Shown here: positions 8,510-17,436 of the stretch, one piece after another
Layout of the letters: every line of letters begins with the position of its first letter
Position numbering within the stretch: position 1 is the first letter of the stretch
IMG/VR virus record: IMGVR_UViG_3300032271_000867
Location: 1 to 64,000 of that record
Length of the DNA: 64,000 bases
Strand: one strand, 5' to 3'
DNA from: a virus
The notes under the pieces: model-generated
Seen by the model: only the letters and a program-made list of their open reading frames with translations
Told to the model about the DNA's origin: nothing
Database searches by the model: none
Made by a program: the position numbers and the translations under genes

Positions 8510-8817
8510 TGAATCTTCTTATTGATATTTTAGATAGTGAAAAAGCACTGTGCACCCAAGAAAATCCTGATGTTTTCTTTGAAGAAGAAGATGTTGAAAC
8601 TACTCTTTATGCAAAACTTGTTTGTTCAGGATGTTCTCTTGTAGAAACCTGTATTGACAAGGCTATGCAAATTGATGATACTCAAGGAGTATGGGGAGGT
8701 AGCACTACACAGGAAAGATTATTGTTTAGAAAAAAACCTGAATACAAGGAGCTTCATATAGTTATGCTTCGTAAGTATGAGGGCGAAAAAAGTGTTCTAA
8801 ACATTATTCGCAAATAG
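8509..8817 (+). CDS. whiB: WhiB-family Fe-S transcription factor
   Basis: C...PDVFF...CSGCSLVETC...GVWGG. Confidence 0.88.
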   Translation: MNLLIDILDSEKALCTQENPDVFFEEEDVETTLYAKLVCSGCSLVETCIDKAMQIDDTQGVWGGSTTQERLLFRKKPEYKELHIVMLRKYEGEKSVLNIIRK

Positions 8818-8850
8818 AAAAAGCCCCTAGCCATAAACTAGGGGCTTTTT
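8818..8850. terminator. bidirectional intrinsic terminator between convergent arms
   Basis: AAAAAGCCCCTAG-ccataaa-CTAGGGGCTTTTT. Confidence 0.9.
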
Positions 8851-8858
8851 ACTATCTG

Positions 8859-10895
8859 TTACTGATTGTCTTTGATTAGTTTAATTTCACAAGCGTCTGT
8901 AGTGCAATAGGCCTCGCCAACAGCGTCAATAGCCAATCCAGCATATACACCGGCAAAATCAATCGGGAATAGCTGATTGCCATACTCGGTGTATTCTTCT
9001 TCAGTGATTTGTGTATAAGGCATCTGTGGGTAAACAGTATTGCCCATTGGCAAGAATGATACAGTCTTTAGCTGACCATCGTACATATGGAGCACAGTTC
9101 CAACCGCATTTGCTTCTTGAACAGCATCAAAAGTTACTGTTACTGATACAGAGTTGTCTGACCAGTAACGCTGTGCAGTTGCTGCTAGTGCAATTTTTTC
9201 GTAAATACTGACTTCTTTTTCAGATCTACTTGCACCACTTTTGATAGGGAAAAATACAACAGAGGTAGTTTCAGGAGATTCTGAAGCAGGTTCAACACGA
9301 TACTGGGCCATCTTGAAAAGAGGAAGCATAGGATCGTTATTACCAAAACGAATTGCACGAAGGAAATGCTTGCCACCAGCAGTCCAGTGAACACCAGGAC
9401 TTTCTCCAGCAAGAATAGACACAGTTCCTGAAGGTTTTACAGTAGTCATTTTGATAGATTCACGAACACCAAGCCACTCGGAATAGGTTGTGTCATAAGC
9501 TCTAACTACAGCATAACCTTCATCCATCCACTGACGAAGCACTGGTAGGCCTTTTTCATCTGCAAAGTTTGCTACACCTGAAACTGAAGTTCCAATACGG
9601 CGGTTGCGTTGCATAATAGCGTTGGTTTCTTCCCAGTGAGTTGGGAGCAGTGTTACAGTCTTGGCATATAGGTAGGCAAATTTTAGTGTGCGTTTAAAAT
9701 CTTCCAATGATTCGTGACGATTCAAGTAAGTTTCTACTAATGTACACATCTCAAATGATTCTAGCGATTGTTCAGCACAAGGATTGTAACCAACTACTCG
9801 CCAGTCTTTATTGTTTGGAGCATCTGCCAAACGACTATAAGCACGAGAAGTATCCATCCAAATAACACCAGGTTCACCATTACGAACGATACCATCAACA
9901 ATAGGTTCAAAATCAGTTCCAACTGTTACTTCGACAGAGTTGTTTGACATCCAACCCCATCCCGGTGTTTCAGGATCATAGGAGTTACGTTCTGGAAACT
10001 TTTCTGCATTTTTTAGATTTAAGAAGTTTTCATCATCAATACGACCAATCAACAACTCTGCTGAACGACGCACGTTACCTGAAACTACACAACGACCAAT
10101 CAAGTTACCAATATCGGCAATATCTACACCAGTAAGTAGTTGGCCTTTGCGTCCACGAAAAATATCACGAATTTTTGCGTGTAATGCAAACAATGGATCT
10201 GGGCCACTTGCTGTTCCACCAAAAGTAGCAATTGGAGTTCCATATGGCCTAATCTGGTCATAGTTAAATTCCCAAATAGGTTGATCTGGCTTTAGATAGG
10301 AGTTGATTAGTGCAACAGTTGATTCTTGCCAACCTTCACGAGTGTCAGGAATGTCATAGTTTTGAAAACCGTGAGGTTCATAAATCTCAAATCCTTTGTC
10401 TGCACCTTTATCGTCAAAACCTACGCCAACACCCAACATTGATGCTTCCATCAAAAATGCAAATGGTTTACCTGGATTTTGCTTAGTCATTTCATTAGTA
10501 GAAACAAACGCACAGTTCTGCAAAGCAGCTGAGTTTTTTTGAGTATTTACAATGTCTGTACCCATCACCCACAAACCACGACCCGGTGGTGTCCACTTTA
10601 AATTAAACAAACGATCAAATGCTTCTTTTGCACTTGCTGCTGCTTTTGCGTCTGACCAAGGCAATCGGTTTTGTTTAGCGTGGTCTTTTTGTAGTGAATA
10701 CATTCCATTAATAACACGTGCGCAAACATCTACCCAAGTTTCTTTAGTTCCATCTTCTTTTAGACGGGAATATGTGCGAAGAAAAGTAATTTCACCAACT
10801 GAGTTGCCTGCGACATCTGAATAACCAAATGGAGGTTTCTTATCCTTATATCCTGAAACAAAATCATCAGAAAGTTTAAAGGAAAAATTAGTCAT
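8859..10895 (-). CDS. nrdJ: class II adenosylcobalamin-dependent ribonucleotide reductase (monomeric RTPR type)
   Basis: TFLRTYSR, PPGRGLW, LQNCAF, GNVRRSA, NPCAEQ, TTVKPSGTVS, C-terminal CTTDAC. Confidence 0.95.
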   Translation of the reverse strand: MTNFSFKLSDDFVSGYKDKKPPFGYSDVAGNSVGEITFLRTYSRLKEDGTKETWVDVCARVINGMYSLQKDHAKQNRLPWSDAKAAASAKEAFDRLFNLKWTPPGRGLWVMGTDIVNTQKNSAALQNCAFVSTNEMTKQNPGKPFAFLMEASMLGVGVGFDDKGADKGFEIYEPHGFQNYDIPDTREGWQESTVALINSYLKPDQPIWEFNYDQIRPYGTPIATFGGTASGPDPLFALHAKIRDIFRGRKGQLLTGVDIADIGNLIGRCVVSGNVRRSAELLIGRIDDENFLNLKNAEKFPERNSYDPETPGWGWMSNNSVEVTVGTDFEPIVDGIVRNGEPGVIWMDTSRAYSRLADAPNNKDWRVVGYNPCAEQSLESFEMCTLVETYLNRHESLEDFKRTLKFAYLYAKTVTLLPTHWEETNAIMQRNRRIGTSVSGVANFADEKGLPVLRQWMDEGYAVVRAYDTTYSEWLGVRESIKMTTVKPSGTVSILAGESPGVHWTAGGKHFLRAIRFGNNDPMLPLFKMAQYRVEPASESPETTSVVFFPIKSGASRSEKEVSIYEKIALAATAQRYWSDNSVSVTVTFDAVQEANAVGTVLHMYDGQLKTVSFLPMGNTVYPQMPYTQITEEEYTEYGNQLFPIDFAGVYAGLAIDAVGEAYCTTDACEIKLIKDNQ

Positions 10896-10925
10896 AAATA
10901 GACCAGCTCTTTTCTATTAGATAGG

Positions 10926-10951
10926 TATGCCCAGTATTTCTACTGGGCATA
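10926..10951. promoter_or_regulatory. hairpin in the nrdJ 5' region
   Basis: TATGCCCAGTA-tttc-TACTGGGCATA, perfect 11-bp stem. Confidence 0.55.
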
Positions 10952-11113
10952 AATTGTTGTTGGAGTTCTACTCTACACTATTTTTTTGTATCTTTTTTTG
11001 AGGCATAAAAAGTATTTTTTGTGGGTATTAATATGAAAAAATTTATAGTATTTTTGGGTAAAAATTGCTAGAGATATATTTCAATATATAAATACTCTTA
11101 TTATCAGATAATA

Positions 11114-12601
11114 TTAGTCAATAGTTTTTTTGATAATCATTGTTGTTTGATCTTCAGAAATGGGTTGTTGTGCGTCTTTTATTGCCTGCACTCTATCCCC
11201 AAATAATCTAGTTAAAACACCTTGACTTGCATCTCTTTGTGCAGTAATTTGAATAAACTCTTTTTGTTCATCTAATGACTTTAATTTCTCTAACATTTTA
11301 AAATATCTGTCCATTTCTTGTGACAAATTTGGATCTGCGTATCCACCATTTAATTCTTCTGAATACCGCATAAATGCTACTCTTTGGGCTTGCATTTCTA
11401 GCAAAGTAGTATTTAATGCACGTAGTTGTTCTGGTGTTTTTACTTCTACTGGAAGGTTAAACGCACAAGTATTATTTTCTTTAAATGCGGGGCAGTTTGA
11501 TGCAATAAAGCACGTATTACACTGCCTTAATGTGACATTATTTGAGTTTACAATTGGGATATCTTTTAATACATCTTGACCATTTTCATTTTCTACAATG
11601 GTCTTCATTTGATACCCAAAAACAGGCATAGAAGTCATTTCTTGAGGGTCTCTTTGAACCACTTCAGTGCGTTCAACTTTCCGCATCTCTGACCCACTGT
11701 TATTAGAACCACCTATGCCAGTTTCCATCAAACTGGTGTATAGGGTATCATCACTGTTATCAGATACTTTGTCACCTTTTATGAGTTTTAGATCTGGTTT
11801 ATCTTTATCCATTTTTGCTTCTAACTGTAGGTATGACCAAATAGCAACTTTTGTTGCTTCTAGGGTGTCATCATTAATAAATTTTTGAAAATCTAATCCT
11901 GCTTTAGTTACTATATTTTGATAACGTTTACGGGCTTGATCTTTCATTGACTTTGGATATCGGACTAACTTAGTGCCATCCCAAATAATAGTTTCACCTC
12001 TACGCATTGGTGATAACCAACTAAGTGTGCTTGTAGTACTAAACGGTATTTGTCGTAAATTATCTGGTTTTACACTTGCTAAGGCGTGAAATTTAACGTC
12101 ATATTTTCTAGATAAATTTTGAGTAATACCGGCTAGTGCTAGTGATGATTCAATTGCATTATTTGGAATTGCAATATTAGAGTATTCCTCTGACCATTTG
12201 TGCAGTAACATTGTGCCGTAAATATCGTGCCATACTACCCACATCTTTGGGTCATCTTGAAACGCTGCACGTTGCTGCATAATCCAGGGTAATCCCAATG
12301 ATTGTGAATCAAACTCTACCCAACCTTCAATACGATCATAGTTTATTGCAATAAACTCTTCGTAATCTGCTGCGTATTCTTCTAATTCTCTTTGTGATAA
12401 TCCTGCTTTATCTGCTTGTAGTGCACCAGAATCTACCCAAATTTTAAAATTATCTTCAAAATGTTCTGAAATGTAATATTCTTTAGTCTTTGGTAGGCCA
12501 CGTTTTTTTAATCCCCAATAACTAACCATTACATTAGTTGCATTACTTTTGTGCAATAATAACCTATTACTAGGTATCTCTGTTCCACCAAATATAATCA
12601 C
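11114..12601 (-). CDS. TGT/DpdA-like TIM-barrel protein fused to a C-terminal Cys4 and helical domain
   Basis: VMVSY, IWVDSGA, VVWH, IAI, FHALA, IPFSTTSTLSW resemble the order of motifs in phage tRNA-guanine-transglycosylase-like proteins. C-terminal CNTCFIASNC...C. Confidence 0.6.
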   Translation of the reverse strand: MIIFGGTEIPSNRLLLHKSNATNVMVSYWGLKKRGLPKTKEYYISEHFEDNFKIWVDSGALQADKAGLSQRELEEYAADYEEFIAINYDRIEGWVEFDSQSLGLPWIMQQRAAFQDDPKMWVVWHDIYGTMLLHKWSEEYSNIAIPNNAIESSLALAGITQNLSRKYDVKFHALASVKPDNLRQIPFSTTSTLSWLSPMRRGETIIWDGTKLVRYPKSMKDQARKRYQNIVTKAGLDFQKFINDDTLEATKVAIWSYLQLEAKMDKDKPDLKLIKGDKVSDNSDDTLYTSLMETGIGGSNNSGSEMRKVERTEVVQRDPQEMTSMPVFGYQMKTIVENENGQDVLKDIPIVNSNNVTLRQCNTCFIASNCPAFKENNTCAFNLPVEVKTPEQLRALNTTLLEMQAQRVAFMRYSEELNGGYADPNLSQEMDRYFKMLEKLKSLDEQKEFIQITAQRDASQGVLTRLFGDRVQAIKDAQQPISEDQTTMIIKKTID

Positions 12602-13083
12602 TCGAACGACACTCCTTCGCTACGAGTTAATCTTGCATCTTGTGTTCTTGCAATATTTTGACGCTCAATTGCTTGTTCAATATCATTCCATGCCCTTAGT
12701 TTTTTAGGTGCATCTGGCCTAAACTCTGGCCTAGTGTATGATGGAACACCAAACATAATTGATGGAATACCTTGCTCAAATGCAAATGCCCATAACTTTG
12801 GATTATTAGTGATGAGTAGGTCTACTCTACCTAAACTTCTAGCGACCATTACTTGGCGTTCTGCTAGTTCTTCGCCTTCTAGGCGGTATGATGAGTCAAT
12901 AATTCCATCATAATCAACAATTTTGTTGATATCTAACCACTGCTCTAATTGTTGCCGGGGATCTGATGACATTAAAAAAATTTGATTAAATGCAGTTAAT
13001 GTTCCTATTAAAACAATACCAGTGGCAATTGGATCTTCATTTGATCCTTTTAGTACTCCGTTTATATCTACTAATATTTTCAT
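12598..13083 (-). CDS. HAD-superfamily phosphatase-like protein
   Basis: N-terminal ILVDINGVL (DxDGV variant), LMSS motif II. Confidence 0.65.
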   Translation of the reverse strand: MKILVDINGVLKGSNEDPIATGIVLIGTLTAFNQIFLMSSDPRQQLEQWLDINKIVDYDGIIDSSYRLEGEELAERQVMVARSLGRVDLLITNNPKLWAFAFEQGIPSIMFGVPSYTRPEFRPDAPKKLRAWNDIEQAIERQNIARTQDARLTRSEGVSFE

Positions 13084-13096
13084 TTGTTATTAGCCT

Positions 13097-13192
13097 TTAA
13101 TCCTCATAACAATCGCATTTGCAGTTATCTTCTACGCAAATTCCGTGGTATAGTTCATGGCCACATTTGTGGCAAGTGTCACTAAATGACAT
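13097..13192 (-). CDS. 31-aa Cys/His-rich microprotein (MSFSDTCHKCGHELYHGICVEDNCKCDCYED)
   Basis: Start overlaps the stop of the NTase gene (TAATG). 6 Cys and 3 His. Confidence 0.6.
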   Translation of the reverse strand: MSFSDTCHKCGHELYHGICVEDNCKCDCYED

Positions 13193-14079
13193 TAATTATT
13201 CCTATAAGTTGCTGCTCGTCTAATTAGAGTATTTGTATCTGGCAAATTTACTCCATAATTTGGCATTTTATTATCAAAATCTTTTTTGATATTCTTTAAT
13301 AAATCAATAGTTCCTGAGCTTTTACCTGCTTGCCAACGATAATTGTGGAAATCAGAATAACCTTCACCCGTTGGTGAAAATGCTAGGCTACGATTATTAT
13401 GAATCTCATCATATAATGCGGACGCTTGTTGTCCTGCTAAATTTAATTTAGTTTCTGCGTTACGTTTATTTGCATCATTTCTTGACAAACTAATGTCTTG
13501 AAGTGCTTGGCTGTAACGTGCTGATAGTTGCGTTGCAACTGAATTATCGGATGACGATACTGATTCCCATGCCGGGTTACTTGGTGCAGCTCTATTTGGA
13601 TCTGGGTGAACAGTCCATTCATCATATTTTAAATCATATGCTGCATATGGCTTAATGTTACGAATATCTGTTCCAGTTGGGTTTACATAAAATGTGAGTT
13701 CAAACCCATTCCAGTTGGATGTTTGTGGCTGTAGTTCATCTCTAAAATCTGAATTGATTTGTTGACTAATTTCTGCATCAGACAATCCACGATATTCTGG
13801 GTTTGCTTTGCGAAATTGTTCAAAATTTACTCCAACTAAACAATCTAAGTCTTTTGGAGTTCTGTTGGCTGACCATTGATAAGATACCCCACTACCTGCT
13901 AACCAAGGATGTGCCCATAAATCTGCATGACGATAATGTTTATCTAAAAACCCATACAGCAAACTATTGATTCCAGTTTTGATCCCAGAATGCAAAGACC
14001 TACCCTGGAACAACACAGGATCCAGGGTAGGTGCAGGTAGGCTAAAATACGAAGTGGAGTAGCTACCTAAATTATTCAT
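13192..14079 (-). CDS. Pol-beta superfamily nucleotidyltransferase
   Basis: LAGSGVSYQW...KDLDCLV (GS...DxD), FELTFYVN, YAAYDL. Confidence 0.75.
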   Translation of the reverse strand: MNNLGSYSTSYFSLPAPTLDPVLFQGRSLHSGIKTGINSLLYGFLDKHYRHADLWAHPWLAGSGVSYQWSANRTPKDLDCLVGVNFEQFRKANPEYRGLSDAEISQQINSDFRDELQPQTSNWNGFELTFYVNPTGTDIRNIKPYAAYDLKYDEWTVHPDPNRAAPSNPAWESVSSSDNSVATQLSARYSQALQDISLSRNDANKRNAETKLNLAGQQASALYDEIHNNRSLAFSPTGEGYSDFHNYRWQAGKSSGTIDLLKNIKKDFDNKMPNYGVNLPDTNTLIRRAATYRNN

Positions 14080-14088
14080 AGGAATAGT

Positions 14089-14403
14089 TTAGGCGGTTTC
14101 AGCACTGCTTTCTGGCTGAATTCCACGCTCTTTTAGGGCATCTGAAACAACACTTGAAGTTGATGGCTGTTGCTGAGAAGCCATTACTTGCAACCAAGTG
14201 CCTACAATACGATCAGTTAATTGTTGGTTTTTAATTTCAGTAATAATATCTTGAGATACTTTGTAAACATCGTTTACATTTGCATTTCTAGACCCTTTTA
14301 GTGGGGTGTCTAGCTGCTCTAGTTCTGCTCGAAAGGTACCGTCTGTGTGAATAACAATTGCAATAACTGTTTCAATTTCTTTTTCGTTTTCGTTATTTTC
14401 CAT
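14089..14403 (-). CDS. hypothetical protein
   Basis: 104-aa ORF in operon. Confidence 0.7.
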   Translation of the reverse strand: MENNENEKEIETVIAIVIHTDGTFRAELEQLDTPLKGSRNANVNDVYKVSQDIITEIKNQQLTDRIVGTWLQVMASQQQPSTSSVVSDALKERGIQPESSAETA

Positions 14404-14412
14404 TTTTCTTTC

Positions 14413-14973
14413 CTAGTTATACATGCCACGCATAGCACGTTGTTTTGTTACTATTACACTTTGCATTGGACAAAAATTACATAGATAAATTTTTGGTAAT
14501 GCTGCATCTTTGGGTGCTTCTAATCCAGCAGATTTGCGTTCTTTTGCAGTTTTTGGAAGTAATCGCTTACTTTCAGTTCTGTAATCTGCGCAATTATCTT
14601 CTGGCCTTAGATGATAAGTATAGCACGACATTGCATCTTCTGCAAATTGCATTTTAGTACTATAAAAATCGCCTTCTTCAGTCATTGCATCAAGGCCGGT
14701 TACTCCTGTGCCTTTTAGTTGATTAATGATTTCTTTACGATTGCTAGTATTTGCCCATACTTTTACAGGCAAAATAAACATTTTACCTTGATGCCTTAAA
14801 CCTGAAGGAAACTCATGTTTTTCTACTGTCATTTCAAGTAGAATATCTGTTTCAGAAGGCCCATCATGTGGAGGTAATTCATCGATGCTATTGCATACAA
14901 AACACAGTAATAGCCTAATTACCGGTCCGCTGTGTTCAAATTCACGTTTACCAATTAATGGTGCTTCCGCCAT
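14413..14973 (-). CDS. hypothetical Cys/His metal-binding protein
   Basis: CFVC, H...H, C..YH..C, LCNFCP. Confidence 0.7.
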   Translation of the reverse strand: MAEAPLIGKREFEHSGPVIRLLLCFVCNSIDELPPHDGPSETDILLEMTVEKHEFPSGLRHQGKMFILPVKVWANTSNRKEIINQLKGTGVTGLDAMTEEGDFYSTKMQFAEDAMSCYTYHLRPEDNCADYRTESKRLLPKTAKERKSAGLEAPKDAALPKIYLCNFCPMQSVIVTKQRAMRGMYN

Positions 14974-15002
14974 TTAGTAGTCCTTATTATTATTATTTGT
15001 TA

Positions 15003-15215
15003 TTATTTTCCTGGGTTAACTGATGCTGTTACTGGGTAATCGCTAGTAATAAACCCATATCCATAAAATGGGTGTAGTGACTGACGATTGTCTACGGTCT
15101 TTTCGTGACCATTAAAGTCTAGTACTTCAGTGTCTGGGCGTACTTTACGGTATTTGCCGTCAGTAGCACCTTCATCAAGGCTTGCGTTCATTGAACGACT
15201 AGTATTTACTGCCAT
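15003..15215 (-). CDS. hypothetical protein
   Basis: 70-aa ORF with AAGGA RBS. Confidence 0.65.
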   Translation of the reverse strand: MAVNTSRSMNASLDEGATDGKYRKVRPDTEVLDFNGHEKTVDNRQSLHPFYGYGFITSDYPVTASVNPGK

Positions 15216-15217
15216 GG

Positions 15218-15403
15218 TTATTTCCTTCTTGACAATTTATTTGTATAACAAGGGTAACATAATCCTTTGTAATACAAATATTCTACTGGATTAGTAATAA
15301 TTCCGCATTGTGGACATGGATGTGATCCACTATTATTTGCGATATTTTGTGCAATTTGCCAGGCTTGTAACTCTAGCGTTTCTCCGCCATCACCATCAAA
15401 CAT
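15218..15403 (-). CDS. small zinc-ribbon protein
   Basis: CPQC...CYPC. Confidence 0.65.
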   Translation of the reverse strand: MFDGDGGETLELQAWQIAQNIANNSGSHPCPQCGIITNPVEYLYYKGLCYPCYTNKLSRRK

Positions 15404-15765
15404 TAGTTAGCTCCTAGATCATTTCTACTACTACCAGAATAACCTGCTGGGCTACCGCTGTACCAACTAACTCGTGGTTCTGTGTAAACTCTATCTACTG
15501 AAACTATATCATCAATAGTAGGTTGTAATCGTTCTCCCCACCCAAATCGTGGTGGAAATAAACGAATTTGAGGAAGTGGTGGTCTAACCATTTCTTGTAA
15601 CTGAGCACCGGGAATAGTTGCTGCCATCAACGCTTGTTGGGTTAAACGTTCCATATTAGTTGCCCATGGGCCGGTGTATGATTGTGGTGGTAAACCTGTA
15701 GCATTAAATCCATTACTACGCCAAGGTTTTGTGTAATCATAGTTACCATCAACAGCAGCTCTCAC
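15403..15765 (-). CDS. Pro/Gly-rich hypothetical protein
   Basis: GTG start, in operon. Confidence 0.65.
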   Translation of the reverse strand: MRAAVDGNYDYTKPWRSNGFNATGLPPQSYTGPWATNMERLTQQALMAATIPGAQLQEMVRPPLPQIRLFPPRFGWGERLQPTIDDIVSVDRVYTEPRVSWYSGSPAGYSGSSRNDLGAN

Positions 15766-15766
15766 G

Positions 15767-16300
15767 TTATCTCCAAACTGGTTTTAGATAAGAAAGTGCG
15801 TTTGCTCTTTGCACGTTAATAGTAGTGGGTGAATTTGCAACAGTGTTTGCTTTACCATCATTTACTAAATGAGGTGCTGGTACTAATGCAATATTTAATC
15901 CTGCTTTAGGTGTCATATACACACGAACACCATCATCATTTATTAATTTAGCTTTTTCTTGTCGTCTAATACCCATCATCGCATTAAACTCTGGTGACCA
16001 GTAATATGCATTTGGCTCAATACGTTCACCTTTGTGAACACCACGTTGATATGATTTTTGATTTACACGATTTTTAATGGAATCTAATAAACGGTCATCT
16101 CTACGAGATCTAATTGTTCCAAGATAGCCGTCAGGATATTCTGCAGATGGAACACGTCCTGTACCAATACGGATAGCATCCAAATCACCACGAGCAACTG
16201 GTACTCCTTGGCCACCTTGGTTATTATACCCATAAAACCCATTACCACCAAGAGATTGCCAGTTTTGGTTGGGAGTAAAGTTATTTACTGCACCTGCCAT
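15767..16300 (-). CDS. Gly/Asn/Arg-rich hypothetical protein
   Basis: 177-aa ORF; PSAEYPDGYLGTIRSRRDDRLL, YQRGVHKGERI. Confidence 0.7.
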   Translation of the reverse strand: MAGAVNNFTPNQNWQSLGGNGFYGYNNQGGQGVPVARGDLDAIRIGTGRVPSAEYPDGYLGTIRSRRDDRLLDSIKNRVNQKSYQRGVHKGERIEPNAYYWSPEFNAMMGIRRQEKAKLINDDGVRVYMTPKAGLNIALVPAPHLVNDGKANTVANSPTTINVQRANALSYLKPVWR

Positions 16301-16309
16301 TTTATTGCC

Positions 16310-16597
16310 TTAACCTTGTGGTTGTTCAGAATCTGGAACACCAATTGCTGATGGAGGTGCCATTCTTATAGTACCTCCACCAAACTGCATGAATGAACCT
16401 ACTTGAGCACCGGCAGTATTTAGCGTGTTTCTCCAAGTCATGGCTTTGCCGGGACTTGTGCGGTTTACTTCACTATATGGGTCAACTTCTGTAGTTGGGC
16501 TATTAGTGCGATTAAGCGCAAACTCTGATCCTGGATCAGGATTAGGTGTGCCATATTTACTGGCTGATTGACTATCAGTAAGTAGGTTTCCACTCAT
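16310..16597 (-). CDS. Pro/Ser/Thr-rich hypothetical protein
   Basis: 95-aa ORF in operon. Confidence 0.6.
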   Translation of the reverse strand: MSGNLLTDSQSASKYGTPNPDPGSEFALNRTNSPTTEVDPYSEVNRTSPGKAMTWRNTLNTAGAQVGSFMQFGGGTIRMAPPSAIGVPDSEQPQG

Positions 16598-16610
16598 AGG
16601 TGTTACCTAC

Positions 16611-17048
16611 TTAAAACATGCTTGCTTGTTCACCTGCATAGAAGTTAGGGGCCTGACGACCCATAACACTAGGAACAATTTTGGCATTTGCCATTGTTGC
16701 ACCTGCAGATGGGTCAATACTTGCACCTAAACCAGCTTTTACAGTGTATGCTGCCCCTAAACGTTCTCCACCAACATTTAGTACTGGGGTACGTCTAGGT
16801 CCTTTACTACCTGGGTCAACAGGATCTCCAGATTGAGTGTTCTTTTTTGGCATTAAATTACCGGCAAAAGTTGAAGGAGTAAGTGCACCTAGTGGAATAC
16901 GTGCACTACCTGCACTAATTGCGTTTTGGTAGGCTTCATCTGAAGTTTGGTGATTACGAGTCATGCTTTTACCTGCTGCTTCTAGTGAGTTTGATGGGGT
17001 ACCGTTACGACGTCTCATGCCGTGACCAATACTATATGGTGTTGCCAT
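16611..17048 (-). CDS. Gly/Ala/Pro-rich hypothetical protein
   Basis: AAGGAG RBS before MATPYSIG at 17048; upstream -10-like TACTCT at 17072-17077. Confidence 0.7.
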   Translation of the reverse strand: MATPYSIGHGMRRRNGTPSNSLEAAGKSMTRNHQTSDEAYQNAISAGSARIPLGALTPSTFAGNLMPKKNTQSGDPVDPGSKGPRRTPVLNVGGERLGAAYTVKAGLGASIDPSAGATMANAKIVPSVMGRQAPNFYAGEQASMF

Positions 17049-17085
17049 TTTGGCTCCTTTATCTCTATATAAGAGTAAATCTTTT

Positions 17086-17382
17086 TTAGCTTGCAGACAC
17101 TGCAAACACAATTGCAGAAATTTCACCATCTCGTGATTCAATAGTTGCAAATCCAACTTTAAATACTAAATCCATTCCACGAGGTGCTACATACCCACGA
17201 GAAATTGCCAATGCTTTTACTGCTTGGTTTACTGCTCCTGCACCAACTGCTCGTAGTTTTACTTGTTTATTATCATAAATTGCATGTGCAATTGCTGATG
17301 CTACGGATTGGGGGTTTGAACTTGCCGATACTCGTAAAAATGGTTCTTCATTTGAGGATGGCAAAATGTTTTCTTCGGTCAT
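17086..17382 (-). CDS. spoVS: SpoVS-family (Alba-fold) nucleic-acid-binding protein
   Basis: LRVSASSNPQSVASAIA...AVGAGAVNQAVKALAISRGYVAPRGMDL matches the SpoVS consensus. Confidence 0.92.
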   Translation of the reverse strand: MTEENILPSSNEEPFLRVSASSNPQSVASAIAHAIYDNKQVKLRAVGAGAVNQAVKALAISRGYVAPRGMDLVFKVGFATIESRDGEISAIVFAVSAS

Positions 17383-17436
17383 TGTGATCCTTATTATCGA
17401 TATTGTAAAACATCCTCAACAATAAGGATAAACGCA

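Noticed and set aside
10896-11113. Cobalamin riboswitch ahead of nrdJ
   Set aside because: The region is too AT-rich and no B12-box consensus could be recognised by eye.
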